Assembly: GCF_006345805.1 (NCBI RefSeq)
Contig: NC_042999.1
Span: 141,236,001-141,300,000 of the forward strand
From: Octopus sinensis
Taxonomy: Eukaryota
Direction of reading: 5' to 3'
Length of the DNA stretch: 64,000 nt
The notes under the pieces are model-generated. The model was not told the DNA's origin and searched no databases. It saw only the letters and a program-made list of their open reading frames with translations. The position numbers and the translations under genes are program-made. Within the stretch, counting starts at the first letter, position 1. Every line of letters starts with the position of its first letter. Below, piece after piece: positions 23,903-38,358 of the stretch.

Positions 23903-26301
23903 CATCGCTCTATCTGTCTAGTTATCTATCTCTGTTTATATATGCATATGTATGTGTATGAATGTTTGTCTGATCTGTTTGTCTAATTGTACCCACAGCA
24001 AGTGTTATGCTATCATGTTCATTGGTGATTTCCAAACACACGTCCACAAACAAAGCAATATAAAAATACAGATGGTGAGAAGAATATACTCTCACAGACA
24101 CTCACACACACACACCTTGCAAACTTATTAATTTAATGTTTTGAAACTTAGTCTGATATTTGTAACATGAGACACTAGTTAACTATCTCTTTCCCCTTCT
24201 TTGAGAGTGTGTGTGTGTGCATGCACATGCATGTGCGTGCATGCATGCATGTGCGTGCATGCATGCATGTGTGTGTGCATGTGTAGATATGTATTTCTAT
24301 AGATACACGCAGGTGTGACTGTGTGGATGTACAGCTTTCTTTGTTACCATATGGTTTTCAGTTCTGTCTCACTGTGTAGCACCTTGGGCAAGTATCTTGT
24401 GCTGTATTCTCAGGTTGACCAATACCTTGTAAGTAGGAGCAGTAGACAGAAACTATATGGAAGCCCATCTTGTGTGTGTGTGTGTGCGCGCGTGCGTGTG
24501 TGTGTGAATACCTCCATCCAGCATCTTCACATGAAACCATTTGAACACAAACTATGACATTAAATTGTTATTTCTCTGTTGACAAATTGTCATGTAGCCC
24601 TGCAATTTCAAATATTAAGTGAAATAAACTATTTGAAAATAAGACAAGGTTTAGGGGCAGGAAGAGCATTCATCTGTAAAATACCTGTTATAAATGCTTG
24701 TCTAACCTATACAAGCATTGCAAAAACAGGCATTTTCTAGCCCTTCTCCCATCATTTTGCATTTTCCTTTTCAGCTTCATGACTTCTAACTTCTAACCAG
24801 TATTGCAATACTCACCAAGATAAAGAAAAATGCTAGAATTGTATGACCAGTTGCTGCCCCAATAAGCAGCAATTAGAATTTTAATGTCATTTTCTCTGCC
24901 TAAGCAGATGTTAGCAGTAGAAGGCCCCATCACGGTTTCCTCAATTTTGTTCTATCCTTTCCACCCTCACTCACCATCCTTTTTTTCTCATTTCCTTTTC
25001 TATCATCTTTAGCCATGCTTTTCTTGGTCTTCTCCTTCCTTTACTTCATTCACATTTCTTTTCATCGCTCTTTTCAGTCACATTCATCTTTAGCACATGA
25101 CAGGGCCACCTTATTCCATTTCTCATCACAACATCCTCCACTGACTTTATTTCTATCATTGTTTGTTTTCATATCTCTCAACAATACTTCTCTTTTCCAT
25201 TAAACCATTGTCATTTCTGTTCTTTCCAGCCTTCTCTGCTGCTTTCTTTTCATTATTTATGTCTCACTCCTATAAATTGTAGCACCTTTCACACATCCAC
25301 ATACACCTTTATCTTCAGTTTCAGCAACATTCTCTTCCTCATTAGTTCCTGAACCATCTTAAATTTGTATCTCACTCTGTCCACCACTACTTAGTCCAAT
25401 CCACCTTCTCTTTTCAACATATCTCCTAGGTAACAAAATATTTTCACACCTTCCATCTTCATGCTGTTTCCAAGATCTAGCTCAACATACCTTCCATTTC
25501 CACCTCCTTCCATACACACCTCATGCATAAATTAGCTGCCAGATTAATTAATAACATAAAAGCGAAAAACAACTAGAGTTGCTATAATATGTCAAAACTA
25601 ATTTTATCATGGACCCAAGTCAAAAGAGACAAATGGCTACAGAAGGATGAAATGTAGAAAGCTCTCTTCCACCCCTTCTCTTACTGTCCCTCTTTTATGG
25701 GAGCTTTTACAGCAGACTGAAACTGTTGTAAGATAAGAGCCTTTTTTTCACTATAATGAAACAAATTTATTTTAAAATTCCAGAGACTAAGATTCTGTTA
25801 TAAATAAGAAAGGATTCTGAATGGCCATAAAGTCTCATGAGTAGGTGTTATCACCATGTTCAACATCTGACCTCCAAAATGTAAAAAAAGTATCAATATA
25901 TGATAAAGTGATAAGGTGGAAGTTGAAGCACCTTGGAAACTGCAAAACCAATACAAAAAATATATATGAAGACAAAAGGATAGAACAAGTGGGGAATTAT
26001 TGTTTTTAAAACAGTGTGCAGCATTAATTTTTTTTTAAAAGTCTAAAAGACTGGTATCATTTTTTATTCAGAAATAGAGAAAAATACATTAATTTACCCT
26101 TATGAAATTGGATATTGGACAATTAAACTAAAGGAGCCTTTAAGCGGGTTGGGAACTGATGGACTGCATAAATTTGGTAAACAATTTTCTGTGAAGGTGT
26201 TGAGAAAATATAATAGAGAAGGCAGAAGTGGCTGAAACTTGAAAAGAATTATATTAAAATTATTGTATATAGATAAACTATCAACAAGAACCACTATATT
26301 A

Positions 26302-26961
26302 TGAGGGGAAGTCAAAAATTATCTGCACTTTCACCATAACATATCTTTGTTATTGTCACACTGCATTCTGTGCATGTGTGCTTATAGTTGGTACTATTGT
26401 AGTCATGTGGTCGAAGTTTGAGCCAGATCATGTCATTTTTCTTTCTGATTTTAGTGTAAGCATGGACACTCCACTAGCAATTAGCACCAAAGTAGAACAA
26501 AGAGCAGTTATCTGATTTCTGTGGTTGAAAGGTGTGTCAGGTGCTGAAATTCATCGGAGGTTTTTAGCACAATACAGGGACAGTGCACTACCATGTAGAA
26601 GTGTGCATGAGTAGATTGAGAAGTTTGAAAGTGACCGGGCAAGCATGATGCACGAAGAGGGAGCAGGACACCCATCAACCTCCACCACTGATGAGAAGAT
26701 TCAGTAAGCTCTAGAGATGGTAATGGTGAATCTGTTCACCATTACCATCGCTTGGATCACTGGTCTTTGTTCTTCTTTGGTGCACATTGCTAGTAGAGTG
26801 GCCATGCTTACGCTGTAAAGCTAGAAATTAAAATGGCACAATCAGGCTCAAACTTCGATCACGTGACCACAATAGTACCAACTATAAGCACGCATGCACA
26901 GAAAGCAGTGTGACAATAATAAAGATATGTTATGGTGAAAGTGCGGATAATTTTTCCCTCA
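26302..26961. mobile_element. Mariner-derived foldback MITE with ~215-bp inverted arms
   Basis: TA|TGAGGG...CCCTCA|TA; left arm runs into transposase N-terminus (EQRAVI*FLWLKGVSGAEIHRR...GAGHPST); right arm is an inverted copy of the same 5' end. Confidence 0.9.
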
Positions 26962-29403
26962 TAATATTTCTAAAGTTGTTACTGCTCTAACTGAGCTGCA
27001 TCTTGTCCATTTGTATACTTTGGACTATATTATTTAAACTAATGTTTTTTATTAAGATTGTGAAGTGTGAATTTAACAGTTATTTCTAGCAGATGAGAGT
27101 GACTGCACATAACACTTTTATTAACGGTTGCATGTCATGTCACTCAATCTGATGGTCAAGGTCAGTACTGTTTAACATGGCTAACAGTTCAGTGTTGGGT
27201 TTAGGGTTGTGCAATTGAATAAGACATTCAGAGATAAAGAACTTCGTATGACTATGGCTTTATTTGGACACATACGTTACTGTTGGACATAATTACTAGA
27301 TTTGGACAAATACTTATCAGATTCATTGTCCCACACAAAGGCTTTCTAGTCATCATGTTTAATATTGCTACTTGGTAAAGCGGCAAGCTGGCAAAATCAT
27401 TAGTGCACCAGACAAAATGATTAGCAGCATTTCATCCACCTTTACAGTCTGAAATCAAATTCCACTGAGGTCAACTGTGCCTTTCATCTTTTCAGGGTTG
27501 ATAGAATAAGTACCAGATGAGGACTGGGGTCAATGTAATCAACTTACCCCCCCCCCACCTCCAAAACTGTTGGCCTTGTGCTAAAATTTGAAACCAATAC
27601 TACAACTTGGTAACACTATTAAACATGACAACCAGAAAGTACTTGGTAAATAAGTGAGTTGGTTCATGTGTATGTATGAATGATGGTCAGTAAGCATCAT
27701 ATCTACCTTTTCTTCTTGATTTTTAATTTATTTACAAATTTTTTGTAGGGATTTCATCATCATCATCATCATCACCACTTTTTTTTTTTATATCATTTCC
27801 TCTTTCCATATAACTCTAACCTTAAACTCTATATCGTAACTCTTAACCCTCACACTAGATATCTAACCCTAAACCCAAATTTTTCCCATGCTTAAAAAAA
27901 TATCAAAATTGGAAAAGTTATGGTTGGTTCTGTATTCTGAAATGAAGTGTGTGAAAGCTGGCTAAAAATTTCTTAAAACAATTTTAAAGTCTGTTATTTT
28001 TTCAGGATCATAAAGAAACTTTCCCTAAAAGAATAGAAAATAAAAATGTTGGCATGTAGGGTTCATATGTGTTTAATGTATGTTTAATATATATGAAATA
28101 TATATTTTTTTCCAGGGTCCTGTAAAACTAAAGATCTTTACTTAAATTGTTTGAAGGCCCAAAAATGAAAGTATTTTCCTTCCATATGAAACTATTAAGG
28201 AACAAAATATAAACAGTGAGCAATAGCATGTCAGGGGTATGGGACAGTTTTGGCACAGCTGCTTTGGTGCTGCTTATTTGGCATCACTGATTCAACACAA
28301 ACTTATTTTACATAAAATCTTGTTTCTCATGTTCTCTCCTCCTCCTTTCTCTCTGTCTTTCTGTTTATGTATGTGTGAGCATATTTTTTCACATGTATGA
28401 TGAGAGTAAAAGTGTTAATGTCAATCACATTCAATTAATAAATTGTAATGTGTGTGTGTGTGTGTGTCTCTCTCTCTATGTATTTATTTCTATGTGTATA
28501 TATTTGCCATCAACACCAACATGTACTGTCACCAAATCAGGTTTAATGTCTAGTCAGCCAAGCCAAATGATCAGTGTCCAAACTGCTGCACTCAGTCATC
28601 TCATTTCTGAGTGCCAGCAAGGCATCATAAAGCAACCAATGTGAAACTGTCCTTATTGAAGGAGCCACCAAAGATTTTAATTAAATTCTTAATTAACACA
28701 AGCAAAACATGGCTATTAACTACTCAGACATATCGAATGTTAGTAGGAGAGAGTTAGAATGATCGATAGTTAATGCATAATGAACAATTATTTTTCTGTA
28801 AAATCATGACATTCTTCATCATATTTGGCTTTATTCTAGTTGTGGTGATGATTAAAGGCCATGAAGACTTATAGCAGGCAGATGGATGCATATAGAGGTA
28901 TAACAAAAGAGTATGTTGCAAGTAATTCTCATTGCAAACACAGGTTTTCCAAAGAAAATCTCTTGTGCAAGTCACCAAGCTCATATATTATTGGATGTAT
29001 GATATGGCAAGCATTGAAATAAAAACCTTTAAAAATGCTTTCACTTTATGACCAGAAAAACGCCTACTTCTTATTTCTTTACTGCCCACAAGGGGCTACA
29101 CACAGAGGAGACAAACAAGGACAGACAAGTGGATTAAGTTGATTATATCGACCCCAGTGCATAACTGGTACTTATTTAATCAACCCCGAAAGGATGAAAG
29201 GCAAAGTCGACCTCAGCAGAATTTGAACTCAGAACATAGCAGCAGACAACAGAGTTATACTGTCAATTTCATGGGATCCTAGAAATGAAGAAGTGCTGAC
29301 ATTTCTAAGTCATTACAAATTATAAACAAAAATAATTACTTATTTGAAAATGTTCAGACGGAAAAGAAAACATGAAATATATATCTGAATTTGTGTGTGT
29401 GTA

Positions 29404-29434
<31 letters not shown>

Positions 29435-30172
29435 TGTGTGTGTGTGTGTGTGCCTGTCTGTCTATCTGTCTGTGTATGTATGAATGTTCTGTCTCAAAAC
29501 ACAGAATGCAGATTAAATTATGTGATTTCTCTTTCTTTCTCTATCAATAGATATGCATATATGTTATGAACAAGTGAGTGCATTGGCACATTTTGGAGTT
29601 GTCTCTCTTTTATGAATGGCTGGAAATTATTGTATTTGTAAAATAATCAGCAACCTATTCCAGTTTTCAGGATTTTAGGGCACAGAAATGAACTGGAAGT
29701 TATTTTAGACAAATGGCTTGTATTTGAGAGTACACTAATCAAAATATTCTAATGCTACAATAGATTACTTTCACTAAAATCATGACATGCACAAACAGAA
29801 AAACAGGGAATTTCAGTATTATATAAATTCTTACCCACATACAAATATATGACTGTGAATAATTCTACAACAAAGTTTTCAGAATTGTTGAAGTTGTTTC
29901 CTTACAGCTCTGGCCACTGTTCTTTATACAAACTTCTACTTAAATGATTGTGGAACTATTTTGGTGAAACAAATTGGAACACATTATATGCCTCCACTAA
30001 GTTGTCCACTGAAATATAGTTAGGTTTGAACTTGCTTTCATTTGTCTATTCATGTTATTTTCTGGCTTAAATTTTTTTCTTCTAATTGTCTCTCATTTCT
30101 TATTCTTCTGATATCCTCACTGCTTCAGTTATTATTATTTCCAGTTACCACTTTTTACCACTTTCTTTTCAG

Positions 30173-30317
30173 GTGAGAATTATGGTGAGAAGGGATCATC
30201 AAGTGGCAGTAAGTCTCATATAAGCCTGGAGACCCTTTTTCGCAATGCTACAGTTCAACAAAATACATTTGATTTGAAAGCTACAAGTATACCTTCAAGG
30301 AATGCACACTTTCAAAG
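30173..30317 (+). CDS. DCP1: DCP1 internal exon with helical Leu-rich motif (HISLETLF)
   Basis: ctttcttttcag|GT GAG AAT...CAA AG|gtttgg; 145 nt, phase 1 to 2, as the flanking exons require; HISLETLF resembles DCP1 'HLSLxxLF'. Confidence 0.8.
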
Positions 30318-33300
30318 GTTTGGAAATTATTTAGTAAGAAATTTGTTGTCTAGTGAAGATTGCTTGTAAAATTTCCAAACTGAATTTAAATTACTTCAGT
30401 CAATATTGAAATAAACTATCAATGACCATAGCTACATAGCTGAAATGTATAAAAGTATAAGAGAATATAAGAATATTTAATACAGGTTAAATTCCAAGCT
30501 ATTCAGCAGTTGTACCAAACTTATACCAGCATAGAAAAACATTCTTGAAATGACAATGATGATAATGTGACTGTCAACTAATAATTGATTTGAAATCAAT
30601 GTAAGTACATTCTTTGTGGATACAGTATGACTGTAGAATCTGTATCACATTGATATTTGTTGATGTCTTTGTTGTAAATGTCACTTGTGTAAGGTATGGC
30701 TCCAAGATCATCCTCAGTATATCTTGTTTCTAATATTAGCAGTTATAGCTTGGAACGAAAGAGATGTTATTTGTCAATAGGTCATTGTTAATTTAACTGT
30801 AAGAAGTTTAGAGTGTGACATTCAGGCCAGTTATATGAACAACTGCATTACTAAATTACAATGTGCCACACAGCAAATGTGTTACCAAATTACAATACAT
30901 CACACAACTCCATCAACCACACATCTCTCATATTTGAAGCCAACTTTCTACAGCTCCAACACAACAGGTCATTACATAAAAATGTACAATATAAGAAGAG
31001 AGGGGTTTCAATCACATTCATAAAACAACATAATTTTCTTACATTTGCGTATGTGTTTTGCAAAATTCTTAATAATTTTCATTAAGTTTACACCACTTGT
31101 ATAAGGAGGCTGTATCTAGTTGCTAGACCTGTTAGAAATAGCATCCAATTTTTCTTCAAATCACACTATATTTTTTTTGAAAGGGAAGAACATTGAATAA
31201 TGTAATCCAAGAGTTTCTGAGTATAAGATGGCATGGGGACTACTAGAACATCTTTGATGATGCTTCTCAGATGAAGGTTGATTAGAAGCTAAAATACTGA
31301 CAGTTAAATATATGTTGTATGTATTCTGAAAATCTCACCAAAATTTAACTACCCACCAAGGATCTGTTCGACTCACAAGCATATACTATTCAAACACTTA
31401 AATTGCTAGTCTCATTCCAAACCAGTCAAATTATCATAGCAAACATTAGTGTTCTTAGTTCGTTATGCTTTTCCCAAATTTCCAAAATATGCATCCTAAT
31501 CAAAACAATCATCAAATAATGCTAATGTTACACATGAAACATTAACAACTCCATTCATATATTTTCACAAGACTTGGTACTCTCATGAGTTAATCTAGCA
31601 ACTAACTTTCTCTCTTACTCTCTCTCAACTTTTTTTCTTTTCTTTTTTTAATAAAGATATGTTAAGTTTTAAATCTTTGAACAAAATGTCTTGCTACTCT
31701 AAAGATATGATGACCGTGTTTAAAAATGCTCATCAAATGTTTTGTTGGATAGACTACCTCTTCACTATAGAAACAATCAAGCAATACTGACCAGAAACAT
31801 CTGATACAAACAAGATTAATCAAATCCACAATGTAAAGAAAAACTTGATGACAGTCAAACAGTATCAAAATAATCTACAACCAAGTAAAGTGCTACCAAG
31901 TCAAGCATCAGACATAAAATTATCTGAATTTAAACTACTCAAACAATTACAATAGACATTACTCGGGCCTACAAATCATGTCTATGTAACTTCATACACA
32001 GCATGGAATACATATGCACAACCAGATACAACCAGACACACTCATTATATGTACAACTTTTACTTGACACTTCCCATTTTTTCAGTTGTTCACAACTAGC
32101 TATCCATCCACCCCACTTCACACACACACACACACACACACATATACGCACACACACACACACACACACACCACACACACACACACATATATTGCATGAC
32201 TGGAGTCTTTCTGGACATCACCAAGACCCATAGTTGATATTACCAGTTGAGAGCTGGTAGTAAAAGGCTAGGAAGATGTGGAGACCAGAAATAAATTAGT
32301 GAAGGCTGAAAAAAATTGGAAATACCTCTTTTTTTGTTGTTGGGCTACTTTTCACCTGAAAGCATCTCATAACAAGCCTTTTTTGAAGAAACAATTTCCT
32401 TGGAAACATATTCATAGAAAAATTCATTTGTAACTAATTTTATATGTAAACATTCTTGTAGGAAAATTCTATCAATTCATTTGGAAACTTTCTCAAGAAA
32501 ATTACAAATGCTTTTTATATTTCTTTCTTGTTTCATTTTTTATCTTTATTCTTAAATTCAAATTCCAGTTTGCAGTTGTTTGCTTTGTACATAAGGAAGT
32601 AGTTTATTGCTATTCAAACCAAATTTCCCAAGTCTAAATTTTTTTCACTTGACATGAAGATTATTGTTGATTTACTCAATTCAGTATTTATCGAACCAGA
32701 TGCTGGTGAGACCTCAAACTACATAGCATAAAACATTGAGCTTATTTTTTTTCTATTGGATATTCCAAAGAGTAGGGTTGCAGTACCCATGACTTTTGCA
32801 GGCCTTCCCATAATAGCAGGATTGATGTGAATGATACTCAACCTAAACATCTGTTAGGAAAGTATAAAAATGGACAGGAACTCGGATAGGGTTTGATTTA
32901 AATAAAATACTGGCAGCTGAATAAATTCTAATAAAAGCTTAAAGTATGGTTTTAAAAAAAGTGTGAAGTTTTAGGTCTATTACCTTCTACCTCTATTACA
33001 CCCTCAATAGCCTGAATATTAAATTTTAATCTGCTTTTATTACTGCTAGGAAAACCAGACAAGAATAAACTTCCAACTTTTTGTGACTTATAAACAAAAG
33101 AAGATTCAAGCTCCATTATCATCTGCTGGCATGAGTTGGATGGTTTGACAGAAACTGGCCTGCTGGGGAGCTGCCCAGGTTCCACTTATTTATTTCTACA
33201 GCTGGATGCCCTTCCTAACATCAGCCACTTCACAGAATGTACTGGGTACTTTTTACATGACACCAGCACGGGCACTTTTATGTGAAACTGTTACAGATGC

Positions 33301-33554
33301 TTTTTTCCAAAAAGAAAAGAAGTTCATCTTTAAGTGTACTGCTTTATAAGTTTAAAAGTGCACCCTTTATATTTAGTCTGCAATAGGCTAGCACTCTATC
33401 CGGGGGAACAATACTATAGAAATTTCAATAGGTTCCTGCTCAGCAGTCCTAAAATCCTTTTTTTTTATTTAATTCTTTATATTTTAGAATAGATGAAATC
33501 TTAGGTAACATGACTTTACTAATTATTGTATGTTTCTGTTTTGCTTTATTTCAG

Positions 33555-34212
33555 GTCAAATATGTTACTAGAATCAGACCCTGCTACTTCTCAACTACCA
33601 ACTATTTTGAAACAGTTTGGTTCTTCTGTCACAATGGTTGAAGATATTGAAAAACAACCACAACACCATGGTAAATGTGAAAATACTACATCCCCATCTA
33701 CATTGATGTTAAAACAGTTATCTCCATCCCTGGTTACAGCATCATCTCACAATGGTTTTAATCTCTTGAAAAGCTCTCAAAATTACCATGAATTTGACAA
33801 AATTTCCAGAAAAACACCTTCCAAAAAAACTAATACAGTCTCCATTAACAAAGGTGTTAACTTACTTGACCCAGTAAGTTTTTCATCAACTACTTCCATA
33901 ACAACTTCTGGACAGATTTTCAATTTTCCTCAGTCACCAAAAATAGAGTCTGAGAACTCCTATTTCAATGCTACTGACTGTTTGCGTGATCCATCAAACT
34001 TTGAACCATTTCCATCATCTCAGTCGAGTTACACATTTCATGGTATCAACCATTTCAATGTCCCTGATTTTACTTCAAGTCTCCTTACAATTGGATTGGA
34101 CAGTTCCATTGGAAGCAAACCAATGAAATCTCCCATCTTGGCTAAATCTTGCACACAAGAACTGTTAACACCTGCAGATCTGGAATCAGTCTCATTGCCA
34201 AATAGTTCTGGA
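33555..34212 (+). CDS. DCP1: DCP1 large Ser/Thr/Pro-rich exon (disordered region)
   Basis: tatttcag|G TCA AAT...TCT GGA|gtaagt; 658 nt inside the longest non-repetitive ORF of the window (33526-34233); contains MVEDIEKQ and LLTPADLE; phase 2 to 0. Confidence 0.88.
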
Positions 34213-35989
34213 GTAAGTGTTATTTACAACTGACTGTTAATAATGTGGTGAGGAAATTCGTTTTCTGTTCAGCATTTGACAGAATTTTATTCATAAATAT
34301 TTTTAAATACTTACTTAATCTTGATAAAACATCTGTAAATCTCTTCCTTTTCTTTTCAGTCAAATGAAATGCCAAATTCTTCCTCATGACATACAGACTC
34401 ACCCAAAGTCATGAATTTCATTAATAATAAATAGTTATATTGCTCTTGTTGTTGTTAGGCAGCTCCACTGTAGCCTAGATGAGCTCTCCTTAAGTAGAAT
34501 TATGGCAAAGATTAGCTGATTGAACGCTTAACCAGCAACACTAAGTTCATACAATAAACCTTGTGGTTGGGAGAGAGAGAGCTTCCACTTTTTATTATAT
34601 TGGTTTCTATACTTTTTTTAAGCCATTAGAACTGATAATTCCATTGTTTTCTCTTCAGATAAGTTCTGACTTTGTTCTAAGACAGAAGCATTAGTTTTAG
34701 TATATGAGATATATGACATCTGATCTGGTAATTCCAGCATATTCTTTTTCTTAGTCTCATGGTGCTGATATGCAATTTCTAGTTATGGTGAGAGCTAGAT
34801 GGAGGTAGTTATATGGAAGAAGAGCTAGAAAATAGATCTGGTCTAGTGAAGGTGCTAGAATTAGCAAACAGATATTCCTTGAATTACATCCAACCATCTT
34901 AAAAAAAGAGAAGGGAACGTGAATTGATTATTATAGGCCTAGATTTGGTTGTTAAGAAATAAAAACAGATGAGATGGTCACAGCTGGAATACCTTTGATT
35001 AGGTAAAGATCAAACGATAACACATGAAAATTGGCCATGGTGATTCTTACTCTGTGCACATATACAATGATTTCAATATAATTTGTTTCCAGTTCAAACC
35101 ATTTTTCCTTCCTCCTCTATTGTGTCCTTTGCAAAAAATTTTCCAAAGTTTACCAAATTTATGCAGCCTATTAGTTTCCAACCCCTTTTAAAGGTGGCTG
35201 CTGTTTCATTGTTCAATATCCAATTCTATAATGTGTACACCTGCATTAACAAGTGTAAATTAATGTCTTTTTCTCTATTTCAGTAAAATTTATTGGATCA
35301 ACAATAATACCAGTTTTTTTCTTTTCTTTTTTTTTAATATTACTCCATTTGTTCCAACTATTTTGTTCTATTTCTTTTTTTTTTCTCTTTGTTGATTTTC
35401 CTAATTCCATGATTGTGTCTTCCTCCACACTTCATCTATTGATATTTCTTAGCTTTCAGCACCATTTTGTCAACAACAGCTTGGTCTGTCCATGATGTTA
35501 TACCAACATTTTTGTTCTAGTATTTTACAAACTAACACATAGTCATATTCTAATAAGTGGATTTTCTTTATTTCCCTTGTGCTTGTGTATTGTAGACTTA
35601 TAAATACCATTATATATCTAAAAGCTCATGAAAAACATGTCACTGGTCAATAGTAACCAGTATAACAATAACAACTACAACAACAATAATAATAATAGTT
35701 TTTATTTTCCACAAAAACAAAAAATAAGAGACAATAATATATAAACAGGCTGCAAAAACAGTGAAGGTTTTACAACAAAGGAAAAACAAAAAGAACACGT
35801 ATTGAAAAGAAACAAAGGAAATATATAAATGTAAAAATATGTCGTATATATGCTTGGAAATTACAAAAGAGAATTGTGATTGGAAGCATTAACCATAGCG
35901 GGCTTGCTACTTTCATTCAATTTTACTGAGGGGCAGTACTTCACCCTTCGCTCTCACCTTCCTCTTCACATGGTCTTGTACATCTACAC

Positions 35990-36221
35990 CAATGGTTTTC
36001 AACCAAGGTCCATATAAGGTTTTGTTGTTAGAATTTATGTGTAATAAACTGGTTATACTCCAACAATACACAGAATATTTTAACTATTTTTTAATACAAT
36101 TCCTAATATTTAATTATAAAAAATAATAGGATTTTTTTAAACATCAAATGGACATGAGGGTCTGCCTGAGGAAAATAGAAATCAAAGGGGTCCATAGGTA
36201 AAAAATGGTTAGGAACCACTA
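35990..36221. mobile_element. hAT (Buster-type) MITE
   Basis: TIRs caatggttttcaacc / ggttaggaaccacta; perfect 8-bp target duplication ATCTACAC (35982-35989, 36222-36229) with central TA. Confidence 0.88.
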
Positions 36222-37140
36222 ATCTACACAAGTCCAGTTAATGACACTTCCATGTCTGTAAAGTTTATAATTATAATGGTTTCTGATTTTGACACAAGGC
36301 TAGTAATTTTGATGGGAGGGGTTAATCGATACCATTAGCCCCAATAATTGACTGATGCTTTGTTTTTTTGTTGAACCCCAAAAGGATGAAAGACAAAGTT
36401 GACCTTGGTAGGATCTGAACTTAGAATGTAAAGGCTCAAAGCAAATACTTCAATGCATTTCTTTTGATGCTCTAACAATTATGCCAGCTTGTAACCTTCA
36501 TAATTGCTTCTAATTTAGTTCAAGGCCACTGATTTTCAAGGAAGGAGTAAGTTAATACAATTGATTCTGGTACTTGACTGGTACTATATTTTATCAACCC
36601 TGAAAGGATAAAAGGCAAAGTTGACTTCTGTGGGATTTGAACTCAGAACGTAAAGAGCCATAGCTAAATACTGCAAAGCATTTTGTCCACTGCTCTAATG
36701 ATCCTGTTAGTTTACCACATATATATTTGAAGGAACAAATACATTCCCCAAAATCTTTCTGTATTAGGTTAAGATACACAATGAATAATACTTTATTTAT
36801 GTTGATAATTTCACTGTTGATGATACATTAAATTATTTTATTATTTATGTGATAATAACAATCCAACCTATAAGTATTATTTATGGTGCACTAAGTACTG
36901 GTTTGTACTAAGATATGATATATTTCAGCCATGAGAAACTAAACTAAAAAACATGTATCATACCCAAGTTACTTGTTATATTTTAGGGTGAAATTTGTCT
37001 GTAGGCCTGAGCTATTCATCAACAAACAATCTTTTACATGTAAATAGCTTTTGCCTTAGACCTAATAAAATCATCATCAGATAAGCAACCAAATAATGAC
37101 ACTTTTTTTCAATGTTCTTGCTGTTTTTTTGTTTTTTTAG

Positions 37141-37255
37141 TCCATCTCTTCCACTCTTCCTCAACATACCAATAATAACCTTCTCTCACCAATGGCTTTT
37201 GTCTCACAACATACTAAAGCAAAATCAGTTTCAAGTTCATCCAGTAATTCTCCAG
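37141..37255 (+). CDS. DCP1: DCP1 internal exon (SISSTLPQHTNNNLLSPMAFVSQ...)
   Basis: tttttttag|TCC ATC...CCA G|gtaaat; 115 nt, phase 0 to 1; LLSPMAF resembles DCP1 'L(L/M)SPxxF'. Confidence 0.82.
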
Positions 37256-38095
37256 GTAAATTTTCTCATCCTTTCCCTTACCTTTGTATGTCTGCTTCTT
37301 CTTTCTGCAGCCCACTAGCCTTTGCTTATTATTTCTGGTCTCTGTAGCATCAAGGAGATGAGAAGGAAAATATCCCTCTTTGAAAGATGGTGAATTCATT
37401 ACAGATAACTTTACTTGCAAGAGCAATTGAATGCAGCACTGCAAACTAATAAGTCACCTGTCATTGCTGTTGCTTACAACAGCAAGCTATACCACCCTAC
37501 AGTATCTACTTAGACGTAGATAAACTTGACTGTTTTGGTCACAGACACAATGCAGTACTACTACAACAATTGCCATTCTCTTAGTCGGGTGCCTGATATT
37601 CTTTCAACTATTGTCTACACTCCCCCACCTACTTCAGTTCCAACAGTTGTTTTAATATGACATACAAGTTAGCATATACACCACATGGCAAAGAAACAGA
37701 TGATCCACTGACATCAAATCTCTGCATTGTGTATAATCTTCATGGTGTTTAGCTTTTTCTGATCTAGGTCTACTAAGTATAAGATATTGATTTTGGTTGT
37801 CATCTGTCTACCTGTCAAGCACTCACACATGTGTTGGCTGAAACAAAATAGCAGCCAAATAGATATGGTACTGGTACACCAGTTCTAAGATATTCATTTC
37901 AAGCCCACAAGAATTTTTTGTTGTGCATTTAGGCTGCTACATGCCTCACTTCACCTTGCTTTTAAGAAGTAGTACCAACTAGATTATCAAGGAATGCTAG
38001 CTGACACTAATCAGTGTGTTGATTTCTTTCATCTTTCACACACATATACATATATTCGAAGCTCTTCTCTAATCCTAGGAAGTCACACATTAATC

Positions 38096-38156
<61 letters not shown>

Positions 38157-38358
38157 TAATACAACATACATTTATATACACCCCACATACATCAATGTAG
38201 CTTGATAAACTTCAAAACAGTCCTTCTTAGTAAATTTTTCTATTCTATCTCAACACAGACACACACATTTTTCTAATCTAATATATTGTATTCTTCTAAA
38301 TACATCTTCACTATTTACTAATTATTTTACTCTCTACTCTGATATTTTCTTTCATTAG

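Noticed and set aside
25675-25735. Second hammerhead-like remnant (tctta-ctg...gaaactgttgtaaga)
   Set aside because: CUGANGA core is lost; at most a decayed Penelope LTR piece
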